A stretch of DNA of 32,259 nucleotides from Chiloscyllium plagiosum (Eukaryota): positions 15,729,416 through 15,761,674 of the forward strand of contig NC_057718.1 of the NCBI RefSeq assembly GCF_004010195.1, in the 5' to 3' direction. Below the pieces are notes generated by a model that was not told the DNA's origin, did not search any database, and worked only from the letters and a program-made list of their open reading frames with translations. Shown here piece by piece: positions 1 to 10,392 of the stretch. Position 1 is the stretch's first letter. The number at the start of each line of letters is the position of its first letter. Made by a program: the position numbers and the translations under genes.

Positions 1-351
1 AGGTGATTTAAAACTGTAGCACCTGTTGATCTTCTGAACGTCTTCTTGGAAGGTGAGGCTATTAGGTCCATTGCGCCTCTGCGGGCTCTTTGACAAATCT
101 ATCACATACTCCAACTACCAATGGGGTCATAAATGGCAAACAACAGAAAAGGATTTTAAGCAAGATTTATGTCACTGCTGATTTGATGGTTTTGCAACAA
201 ACATATTCTGTTTAATCTTTATAAACAATAGTCTATTCTTTTGTTTCTAATATGAATTAATAATTTGATTATGAAATGCAGTAACGAGCGAAAGTGGGTG
301 AGATCCTGTTTTGCTATAGTTCTGTGTCCTATGATCCTACTACTACTCAAC

Positions 352-440
352 TAGCTACCTGATGAAGGAGCAGTGCTCCGAAAGCTTGTACTTCCAAACA
401 ATCCTGTTGGACTATAACTGGTGGTGTGGGATTTTTAACA
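352..440 (+). mobile_element. Short Penelope-derived terminal fragment with minimal hammerhead core
   Basis: CTGATGA-aggagcagtgctcc-GAAA at 359-383 (stem GGAGC/GCTCC). Same architecture as the other Penelope termini in the window. Boundaries approximate. Confidence 0.55.
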
Positions 441-859
441 TGGTTTGAGGGGGTATCTCAACATCACCTTCTCAAAGACAATTTGGAATAGGAAATAAAT
501 ACTGGCCTTTCTAAAAAAAAAAAGCAGTAGCGTTTTCATTCCTCCTTTGAAAATTAGCCACTTCACACTTGGCTATATCGAATTTCATTTATTTGCCAAT
601 TCTGCAAGTTTGTTTTTCTTGCTGCATTCTGGCTACATGTACACAATTTGATATGTTGTCTATAAATTTCAACCATAAGTTAATTTTTCTTTGGCAATGG
701 AACAAATAAATGAAGTTAAAATACAGTTAAGACACAATCTGTTTTCCTAGGTGAGGAAAACAACGATCTGGAAGGTCAACTGAGAAAAAAGCAGACTATT
801 GCTTTGGCACCCCATTCACCAGAACTAACACTCACTCATTCACTGCCACTGCACTGTTG

Positions 860-1200
860 ATATCTGCAAGACTACAGCAACTCACTGAGGCTTCTCTGAC
901 AGCATCTTGCAAAGATATGACCCCCACTGACAAGAAGAGCAAGGGCAGTTGGTACATAGGACCCAAAAACAACTGTAAGATTCCCCACCATGTCATATGT
1001 TTTCTTGACTTGGAAATATATCACTGCTCCTTCACTGTAATTGGATTGGAAGCACCCGGCCGAACAGTACGGTTGGTGCTTTGAAACCATATGAACTGCA
1101 GTGGTTCAAGGTAGCTCATCATTTTCTCGAGACAGTTAAGGATGTACAATAAAAGTTGGTCTTGAAATACCTACATCACATGAGTACATAAAATAAACCA
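860..1200 (+). repeat. Old SINE/LINE-tail remnant (DeuSINE/SacSINE-like or L2/CR1 3' end)
   Basis: Blocks 'cttgacttggaaatatatcactgctccttcactg' and 'gcagtggttcaagg...gctcatcat' have a degenerate paralogue at about 30150-30410. Family assignment is from recall only. Confidence 0.4.
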
Positions 1201-1862
1201 TCTAGTGGGAACGGGCTGGAGTAGCTGAATGGCCTATTCTTGTTCCAATATCAGTCACTCACCTTTTTCTTCTTGAACATCAAAAATATGATATTATGAG
1301 TTTCTACTTATCTAGAAATTGGGCAGATTAAGTATCAGTAAAGGCCATAGTTTTTAAGTCAACATTTTTGTGGCTTGCAGCTGCATTAATGTTTAAAGGT
1401 TCTGTAGAAAAAAAGCATTGATTTTGTTTTTGGCACTACTTCGTAAATCATTAAAACCAAATATGTGATCAGCATACAAACTTTCTGAGGCCAATGTTAA
1501 AAAAACGTACATTCTATTTATTGGACGGCCAAAACAAATAAACTGCTAATTTCTACAGGAGGAACTGAGCTTCACAGCTTCGAAGCTTCTCAGTAATCCT
1601 ATCAAATATTTCTTAACAACCACCTGCTTAGTTCAATTTGAGTTCCAGCAGGATTGTTTGGTTCCAGATCTCATTCTAGACTCAATCTAAGTGTAAGCTT
1701 AAAAGCAAAATTCCTCAAGTAAGTTTGTTAAGGTACCTATTCGAGATGGCTCAGGGAATCCCTAATGGACTCGACGTACCATCTTGGTTCATCATGGAGA
1801 TCGTATTCTGTAGGAGTCTGGAATTTAAAACTCTTACAGACAGTTTAGTTTAAATTATTACC

Positions 1863-1868
1863 TTTATT
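1863..1868 (-). terminator. LTR polyadenylation signal AATAAA
   Basis: tttatt on the plus strand. Conserved in the inverted LTR copy (AATAAA at 8384-8389). Confidence 0.7.
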
Positions 1869-2018
1869 TACCAATTGCATCAATATGCGACAATAACATA
1901 GATACCTACAAGCCAGGCTTGAGCTAAGGTTCTAAAACCTTTAGCAGAGTAGAGGTGTCAGCTCTTACCCCTAAGAGTTTTCTCAGGCTACTCCCCTTTT
2001 TGCTGCAAACAAGCTGTC

Positions 2019-2024
2019 TTTATA
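2019..2024 (-). promoter_or_regulatory. LTR TATA box (TATAAA)
   Basis: About 150 nt upstream of the polyA signal. Conserved in the inverted LTR copy (8243-8248). Confidence 0.65.
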
Positions 2025-3070
2025 CAGAAGTTGGTCTTAAAATTACAAAAACACCACATGTCCTTAATCAGATAAGCAACAATAAAATGGTAAAAGTTGG
2101 TAGAGGAAGAGAATCTAATTGCCAAGTCCGAGTATGCTTGACTAAGTAAGCTACATGCACATCAAAATGGGAAACCGTGATCAAGCCAGGCCAAATGACC
2201 AATTGCCTTTTGCTGGATAAGCTTCCCTTTTAACAGTACATCATAATGAGAGACTAGTCTAAACTATGTGGAAAAGGTCATGTGTTAACTTCACTCAGCT
2301 AACATGTCCAGTATCATTGTCCTACAAAATGGCTTTTTTTAAAATCATCTTAGATTCCCAAAATGCAAATTAAATTCAAAACATTCCCGGATCTTGAGCT
2401 CCAGGGAACAACACACAAACATGCAATCCATGATAAGCAAGTGTATTCAAATCAGACCACAAAGAGTTAACCTTTCCACTAGCTTCTATCCTACCCCTCC
2501 CTCTCTCTCTGTGTCCCTTGAACCCTTAGGTCAGTGAATGTAATTTACAGTAGAATGTTTTCTCTCTCTCTCTCTCACATATGAACATTTTCCAACTTTC
2601 TTACTATGTCAGTTTCAGCCTTTGTGTTTTTGTAGCTTGTAAGGGTATTGAGACATTCACATTCCAGAACAGTCAAGATTAGGGAGCTGAGCTTCATAAA
2701 TTCAAATCCGCTCACTGTGGTATACTGTACATGAAAATGTATTAGAATTGTTCTATCACGTGCATATTCCACTCAGTGTATTAAATTACAAGTTCTTTAC
2801 TTATTGAGTGTACGTTTTGTTAAGAGTCTTCAATATAAACCAGAAATTCAGTTATCCAACATCCAACTGTGAAATATGCGCAGCTTCCAGCCTTTGGGGT
2901 GAGAAAGAAGTACTGCCACACAAGTGAACAAGTCTTATCACCTTATTTACACCAATCCATTGACACTAAAAACAGATGTCCTTAATTCATCTGAACAAAT
3001 GTCCAACCCCATGGTCAATCACTTTCCCACATATCCTGTAGCAAATGTGTAAGTCTACTGGCTTTCTCAA

Positions 3071-3081
3071 TCCCTCCTTTT
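3071..3081 (-). other. Polypurine tract AAAAGGAGGGA
   Basis: Purine run immediately after the env frame ends, followed by T-TG (LTR start). Confidence 0.75.
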
Positions 3082-3087
3082 ATCATT

Positions 3088-5759
3088 TCATGATACCAAT
3101 ACAGCATATACAAGTACAATTATTCCATTTGTAGTTTCAACAAGTCGAGCGCCTCCTTCTGGCCAGTCATCGTTTGGAGGAGTAGAGTCGGAAAGATATC
3201 TGATTTCGACATAAAAGTTCAGAAATGGAGGTACAGGAGTGAACAAAGGTCAATTAACAAGATTCTTCTTTGGCTTAGGTGTAAAACAATGCACGGTCCA
3301 TTTCATATATAAACAGACAACAATGTATATACCTAGGATGAGACCAAGGATCATCAGTGCATCCCACATGAACCATCCGCACAGTGACCACAGGCAGCAG
3401 GTAGGACTGAATCCACATGAGTTGGACAATGGTGGGGCAGGTATCTTCCCTGCGTCTTAATCCGTTTTGTTGATGACATCTCTGTCATATACAATGCCTT
3501 TGGAGAAATCGTCTGTGTAAGTGCAACATTGTGAACCAATGATGGAAAGAGGAAGACTAGCACTAGCCAATTCTGAAACATCATCATCAGGTCTCCTGTA
3601 ACTCTTTGTTCACTAGCTTCAAAGCATGGGCAGTTGATTTGGCAAGTTTTTTGATGTCATATGCAAGGTCACTTGTCTGATCTAGGGCCATCTCAACACT
3701 CCAGCCAGGAATAAGGCCTTCCATCAGCCTAGACCACCAGGTTTATTGATGGAAGGAGTCATGCATGTCTCGTTTTGTTTTTTCTCTAATTTGTGTCCCA
3801 TAGCGATTCACATGCTGGTGGGCTTTCCATTTATCATCTACCTTAGGTATTTTATGGTGGAGGGTAAAAAGGGGTAGAGTGTGCACTAAAGCACAGCATC
3901 CACATCAGTCATTGGGTAAATATGGGTGGGCCTTGTTTTCGCATAGCCAATGAAGGCTAAACGGAGGTCCGAGGGAGCATTTCTGTGAGTGAATAACGAG
4001 TCCACTCAGAGCGAGGGCTGAATCTTGTAAACAGTGGGTATTATCAAAAGTTTGGTTATCCAAATGTATTAGCGGATGGAGAGTAGGAGTACAATCAGTG
4101 TCTTTTATAACAATTCTGCACAGTACTTGCTTCACTTGCCCCATGCAGTGGGTACCAGAAGTTCTTTCAATGTATCGTTCTAACAGTGGAACAATGTTAA
4201 CATTGAATACCTTAGGTTCGTTAGTGCATTTCACACAGCGACGTGCTTCTTCTACTGAATGGGTTTTGTCATTGCAGGTGAGGGGTTGCATAGTGGGTGA
4301 GTCTTATTCATACATTGTATGTCAATGATGGAAGAGTGAGTAGTCAACACATGGATCGGGGTGTTTAGCTTGAATAAAGAAACCATTGGCAATAGAAGGG
4401 GGATTAACGTGCACAGTATTTTTGATCTTTCTCCACCTTTCCAGCTTGTCTTGTTAACTACAGTAGCTACTGATTGCAGAAACTGTATAGAGGTATTTCT
4501 GCCAGTAGCAGTTGGTCATATAGGAAAAGGGCTGAAAATGTGTTGCTGGAAAAGCGCAGCAGGTCAGGCAGCATCCAGGGAACAGGAGAATCGACGTTTC
4601 GGGCATAAGCCCTTTCCTGAGAAGGGCTTATGCCCGAAACGTCGATTCTCCTGTTCCCTGGATGCTGCCTGACCTGCTGCGCTTTTCCAGCAACACATTT
4701 TCAGCTCTGATCTCCAGCATCTGCAGACCTCACTTTCTCCATATAGGAAAAGGTTCCATCGAGAAGGTATACGTTGACAGTCTCAGAACAATAGATGCCT
4801 TAGGCTTCTGTGATTTCAGTACTATGAGTTCAATACTGCAATTTGAATGGTTCATTTTGGGAGGGGAACAAACATTTCAAAGTGACAGTTTTCAGCTGAT
4901 GGAGTGGATGACATCTCATGACAATTGGCATAGATGTGTTGTGAGGGTAACTATAATGATGTCGAAAGTGATGTTCAGATGTGCAATGTGTATAGCTTAA
5001 ATGAGTTTCAGCTGGGCAGCTGCATTCATAGCTTCCAACAGTATTGTACAAGTTGCATAGAGCTGACAAATCCTATCTTCAGGGGGAGCAGTAGGGAAGA
5101 TAATACATTCATTGTCATTGGAGTATCCCAAAGTATCAATGCCATTGCCAGTGTAGCCGTGATTACATTGGCATTCTACACCTAAATTGTTGGTTTTGAT
5201 TCTGCAAGTGGCATCGGGGTGACAAGTGGGACATGTTAGTGTTCCCGCAATGTCAAGGGTAGTGTTCAGAATCACAACAGGGGTAGCAAAATGGGTAGTG
5301 TTTAGCAGCGTGAGTGCTGTTAATTTCTGCTGTTTCGTGATCATTGGGATTATCTTGTCATGAGTTGTAATAATGACATCAGTGACAGTGATAGTGGTAG
5401 GTGATGATATGGTCACCAGTGTAGGGCAAGAGTCATTGATGGGCATCTAATGGTCTCATTGTTTCAGCATGTGGCATCCTCCAAAGTATCATTTTGTTTG
5501 ATAAAATTAATTCCTGTAACATTGTTCATACCAACAAATGTACATACCACCTTTGTCACTTCTCCATTTGATTAATTAGCATTGACACAAATTCCATTAA
5601 TACAGTCACATTAAAGGTATAGCCAGTCAGAGATATTACAGAGGGGCAGATTACATCTGGGCGCATGCACTTGGGTTAGATTTTCATCGATGATTGCGCT
5701 CGTCCTAATACTAGGATTGTGAGGGTGATACAAGCTTGCAATGTCCTTTGTAGACCCAT
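3088..5759 (-). pseudogene. env: ERV env (gamma-type TM) with N-terminal Cys-rich, Thr-rich and tandem EGF modules
   Basis: ATG at 5759 overlaps the pol end and gives a signal-peptide-like [26 protein letters not shown] pair at 5233-4983. SU C-terminal motif HWLCENKAHPYLPND*CGCCALVHTLP. Basic cleavage site KTKR (about 3781-3770). Fusion peptide WWSRLMEGLIPGWSV, heptad, ISD-like FQNWLVLVFLF, IGSQCCTY, and anchor WFMWDALMILGLILGIYIVVCLY. The frame stops at 3250, or at 3088 if that TGA is a decayed CGA. Confidence 0.9.
4531..4740. mobile_element. Young Penelope-derived insertion forming a perfect palindrome, with target-site duplication
   Basis: 4531-4614 is the exact reverse complement of 4622-4705. 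Flanked by ATATAGGAAAAGG at 4518-4530 and 4741-4753. Removing it restores the env frame. The sequence matches the Penelope termini at 21288-21420 and 31872-32000. Confidence 0.92.
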
Positions 5760-7947
5760 GTTGAACGTCCTTCTACTTTTACTGTAGCTTCAGTTGTCAG
5801 AAGAACTTGATAAGGACCTTTCCAGTGAGGGCCAAATTTTTCTCAATTAAAGTCTTTCAATAGTACGTAGTCACCTGGGTTAATGTCTTTAAACAGTGGA
5901 ACTCTTTCTTCTTCCTTCCCTGGTACCCGATAGGCTTCTTTGATCTGTTGATGATGAGACTGCAATGCTTTGGTTAGCTTAATCAAGTACCTGTGCGTTT
6001 CTTCTGCCATGACATGCACATCAGCAAGGTGTTGGACCATCAATGGTGCAGACCAGGGAGTCCTTAGGGGCTTTCCATATACTAGTTCAGCTGCCAAGAA
6101 TCCCACCTTTTTCTGGGTCATAGTTCTCATATTAAAACATGGCAATTGGGAGTACTTGCAGCCAATTAAGGCCCATTTCCTCTACCAACTTGCTTAGCTG
6201 GCCTTTTAAAGTACCATTGGCTCTTTCCACAATTCCTGCTGATTGGGGATGGTTGGCACCATGGAATCTGATTCATATTCAAACTCTTACATAGTGCCTT
6301 ATTTAGCTCCATGTAGAAGTGGGGGCCATTATTGGAAGAGACCGTTACTGGTATTCCAAATCTGGGTATGATTTCCCTTAGAATTTTACATGTAGTTGTT
6401 GCTGTGTTGTCAGTCCAGGGATAAGCTTTAATCCATTTACTAAAGACACGAATTATCACTTATAAACAATGGCATCTAGGTAATTTTATAAAATCCAATT
6501 GGATAGTATCAAACGTTGCACTTGGCAAGGAAGTTTCCCTTGGTGGACACTTTGCTCCTTTCCCGGACTATGCCTTTGACAAATTAGGCAATTTGCAGCT
6601 GCTTGTTTTACTTTTTCTTGCAGGTGGGAAATCCACCAAGTTTGGAGAATTCTGTCACCATTGTCTCCTTATCTACATGCATATCTTAATGAACATAATC
6701 AACTAGAATAGGCAAAAGCGAGTCGGGCAAACATGTCTGTTCTCCTGGCGTAACCCAAAGCTTATTGTAACTATTGACATAACAATCATGGTTCATTCTT
6801 CTTTGCTCTACTCATGAGAGGCATTCTACTGATGAGTCCATTTTTGTGCTAGGTCAGGCATGGTCAGTGTATCAGAAGAGGAAAAAAGGAGGATCTTCCT
6901 TTGGTTTCCTGTTTGTCATTTGAGTAACCAGATCTCATTGTTCAAAAGCTGCCTTCTGAGCAGCTGCGTCAGCAGCATAGTTGCCTTTAGTGACATCAGA
7001 AGCATCGGAGGAGTGAGTGGAACATTTGATAATTGCCAACTGAGAGAGAAGTTGAATAGCATGGAGGAGGTTAGCAACATAGGCAGCATTGAGGATAAGG
7101 GTTCCTGATGAGGTAAGAAAGCCACGCTGCTGCCAGAGTTGACCAAAGTCATGGGCACATCCAAAGGCGTAGCAAGAGTCAGTGTAGCTATTAGCTGACT
7201 TCCCTTCAGCAAGTATACAGTTACGGTTAAGAGCAAGAAGTTTGGCTTGTTGGGCAGAACAGGGTGGATTGATGGAATAAGTTTTGCTCTTGAGACAAAG
7301 TGACAACCCCATATCCTGACATGCGTTTGCCCTCTGGAGCGATAGAAGAGCCATCAACAAAAAGCGTAAAATCTGGGTTAACAAGAGCCTGATCCATAAG
7401 TTCAGGACGTGGTTTAGTAACAAGGTAATTTATAACAACACAATCATGGGGAGGATCGGGCAATTCAAGAGGTTCCTCCTGCAAGAATGAGGTGGGGTTA
7501 ACATTAGAACAGTATTTAAAAGTGAGAAACATATTCTGAAGCAATGAGATCTCATAGCGACTAAGATGAGTGAGGTGTTGAGTATGTTTACAAGTAAGCA
7601 AAGACACCGCAGAATGGGAGGTACAGACTTCCACAGTTTGATGTAAAGTTATACTAAAGGCTGATAATACCGTGATACGGAAAGCTTGGAGAATCTGAGT
7701 GCACAAAGGCATAACCTTGAGCAACAGGGTGACATTTAGTGGAATAATAGGCAACAGGGTGCCATGAGGAGCCATGTTTCTGGGTGGGAACAGCTGTCGC
7801 ACAGTTTTCAAGGATGGCAACATAGAGGCAGAAGTGGCGGTCACACAAAAGTTGGCCTAATGCAGGAGCTAAAGAGAGGATAGTTTTAAGTTCTGTAAAG
7901 GCTTGTAGTTGTTCAGGAGTGATACCATACTGTTGAGGGCCCTTAGG

Positions 7948-8198
7948 TGAAGACAGAGGCATCCACCTATCCACTCCACCCTCTCCTCCTTGACCTATCA
8001 CCTTCATCCCCTCCCCACTCACCTATTGTACTCTATGCTACTTTCTCACCACCCCCACCCTCCTCTAGCTTATCTCTCCACGCTTCAGGCTCTCTGCCTT
8101 TATTCCTGATGAAGGGCTTTTGCTCGAAACGTTGATTTTACTGCTCTTCGGATGCTGCCTGAACTGCTATGCTCTTCCAGCACCACTAATCCAGAATC
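7948..8198 (+). mobile_element. Penelope 3' terminal fragment inside ERV pol
   Basis: C-rich tract, then cctgatgaagggcttttgctcgaaacgtt...ggatgctgcctgaactgct...ccagcaccactaatccagaatct, homologous to 10712-10847. Confidence 0.8.
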
Positions 8199-8199
8199 T

Positions 8200-8535
8200 T
8201 CACTGTTATCTGTCTATTTAAGAACATATAGTACAGCTTTTGTAAACTTTTTTATAAAGGAAGCCAGTTTGTGATAGTACAACAGAGCTGAAGAGCTGAT
8301 ATCCTACTCTCCTGGGTTATTAGAACCCAGTTAGTTTAGCTTATGGGTATCAGTGTTATGTTGCAACAGTGATGCTATTAGTAAATAAAGGGAATAACTA
8401 AAATTAAACTTAACTGTCTGTAAGAGGTTTTTTAATTTCAGACTACCAAAAGTATCAGCTCCGGGACGAACCAAGAGGCTTACAGGTTGAGTCCACTCGG
8501 GATTCCCTGGGCCGTCTCATATCTGTACTTTAACA
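8200..8535 (+). repeat. Inverted LTR fragment (end of U3, R, U5) of the same ERV family inside pol
   Basis: Reverse-complement homology to 1726-2075. Has TATAAA (8243), AATAAA (8384) and an exact terminus ...TACTTTAACA at 8535. Confidence 0.88.
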
Positions 8536-10392
8536 GCAACATAGAGGTGGAAGTCATACAAAGATCGACCTAATGCAGGAGCTGAAGACAGGATAGTTTT
8601 AAGTTTTGTAAAGGCTTGTAGTTGTTCAGGAGTGACCATACTGTTGAGGGGCCTCAGGAGAAATATTTGAATTAGAAGGGTACAATTGGGATGCATTATC
8701 GGCAATAATTGATGAGACCTAGAAACAACCTCATCTGTTTGGGAGTGGTTGGAGGCGCAATACAAAGAATAGGATCAATACATTTAGGTGTCAAGCATCA
8801 CTCAGATTCAGAGATAAGAGTACCTAGGAATGTGACTTCTTTCTGATTCGTCTTAACCTTACTGGGGGGTACAACATAACCACATTGATGTAGATGGTTC
8901 ACTAAGTTAGTGGAGTCAATGTGATTGGAAGATATATCAGGGCTAGCGAGAAGGAGGTCATCGACATGTTGAACTAGAGTAGAGGTTCCAGGAAATGTAA
9001 GTGATTCAGGTTGGGTGTGAAGGGTCTCTGAGAAAAAAAAATGTAGGTGAGTGAACAAACTCTTGAGGTAGGCGGGTACACGCATTTGATGGCCCTTAAA
9101 AGTGAAGGCAAAAATATACTGGCTATCTGGATGCAACGGAATGCAAAAAAATGTATGTTGGAGGTCAACAATAGTAAAAATCTTGGCATTAGCTGGGACT
9201 TGGATGAGAATAGTAGCAGGATTAGCATCGAGAGGGTGAAGGGGCTCAACGATTTTATTTACTTCACGAAGATCTTAAACAAGTCGTCATTCAGGACGTC
9301 CAAGTTTAGGAATCGGAAAAATGGTTGCATTGATGGGAGAATGGCATGAGACCAGGATGCCTTGCTGTATGAAAGAGTCAGGTTGAATGGCAGCTTCAGC
9401 TTCAGGGGGTATTGGGTATAGAGGGGAGAGCAGGATTAGGTTTAACAGGAATAGAGATGGGTGGGATGCTTGCAAGGCGTACTTCCGTTTTAGTGGCCGC
9501 CCAGGCTTCAGGGTATACTATGTCCTGAGGGCAGGGTTGGGCATCATGATAATGAAGGTTGCCATGAATTGAATAAGGCTGAGCATGAGGTAAGATTGAA
9601 CTTTGAGCGAGCATTTGAATATTATGGGAGGTTTGATCAGCTTGATCAAAAAAAATCTTAGTGACAAAGCCTAGTTCTTCGGCTTGGTGTTCTGCATTCA
9701 CGCAAGTGGTGACATGACAGAAAATGAGAGGGCCAGTTTCCCAAACATAAGGAGGAACTGACATGAGGAGGACACCACCATCCAATGAAGTGATCTCACC
9801 AATCAACCAAGCGTGTTGAGTGGTGCCCAGCAAGGGATCAAAGTATTATTCAAGGCTGTGGTCAGTCTTAGAGGGGTCAGAAGCTAAAGTAACATGGGGG
9901 TGAGGGACATTATGTAAAGTATGATTGAAAGACAGAGGATCCAAATCAAGAGACCACCATTGAGAGGGCTTTGGTTCGGTGTTGATGCATTGAACAAAAT
10001 GAGGTGGATCCTGAATTAGGATACCTTCATCATGACATTCAATAGTAATATGTAGAGGACAGAGGAGATCTCTGGTGAGTGTAAGGATACGTAATTTATC
10101 AGTAACAAAGCAAAAAGGGAGTGAGATACAATTTTTCCCCACCACTCAGAGGGACAGTGTATGTGTAACAATTAGAGGAACCATCAAAACATTGTAGGGC
10201 TTCAACATTATTTGAGAGTTGAAAGTCAAAGGCATTTACTAGATTAGCAGGAAGCAATAAAACAGTGGCTCCTGTGTAGCCCATGAATTCAATATCATGA
10301 CCATTAATGTTAAGGGTTAGCATAGGTTCATCCTCAGGGTTAGTGGTAACCATGGGAAGATACAAGGAAGGATGATGACCTACGTCAGGGAG

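Larger units (their letters stand above)
1726..3069 (-). repeat. ERV 3' LTR (about 1.34 kb)
   Basis: Begins TG (TGAGAAAG) 1 nt after the PPT and ends ...CCTTAACA at 1726. 1726-1858 aligns with 12900-13040, and 1726-2075 aligns inverted with 8200-8535. The U3 boundary rests on the PPT alone. Confidence 0.75.
5711..10392 (-). pseudogene. pol: ERV pro-pol (protease, 2H-like domain, RT, tether, RNase H, integrase)
   Basis: Protease IEFMGYTGAT...LTRDLL (decayed DTGA/GRDLL). RT TRLPQEFVHSP and LVQHVDDLLLAS. Tether LKTILSLAPALG...HPVAYYS. RNase H LFVDGSS, SAQQAKLLAL, YTDSCYAFG, GNYAADAAA. Integrase [47 protein letters not shown]. Stop TAG at 5711-5713. Confidence 0.95.

Noticed and set aside
2489..2576. 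Pyrimidine/CT tracts as an alternative PPT
   Set aside because: They look like microsatellites far from the env end. The tract at 3071-3081 fits better, with an adjacent TG.
4531..4705. Palindrome as CRISPR, terminator or DNA-transposon TIR
   Set aside because: The context is eukaryotic and the arms are Penelope terminal sequence seen elsewhere in the window.
4361..5000. Plus-strand ORFs of 103 and 112 aa
   Set aside because: Antisense to env and running through the palindromic insertion. No recognisable motifs.
4983..5233. EGF segment as an exon of a host gene or a processed pseudogene
   Set aside because: It lies inside the provirus between the env signal peptide and SU on the viral strand, decays like its flanks, and shows no evident splice, polyA or TSD boundaries. 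Not fully excluded without other copies.
3088..5759. Domesticated (syncytin-like) env
   Set aside because: Multiple stops, frameshifts, a TM-loop deletion and an insertion.
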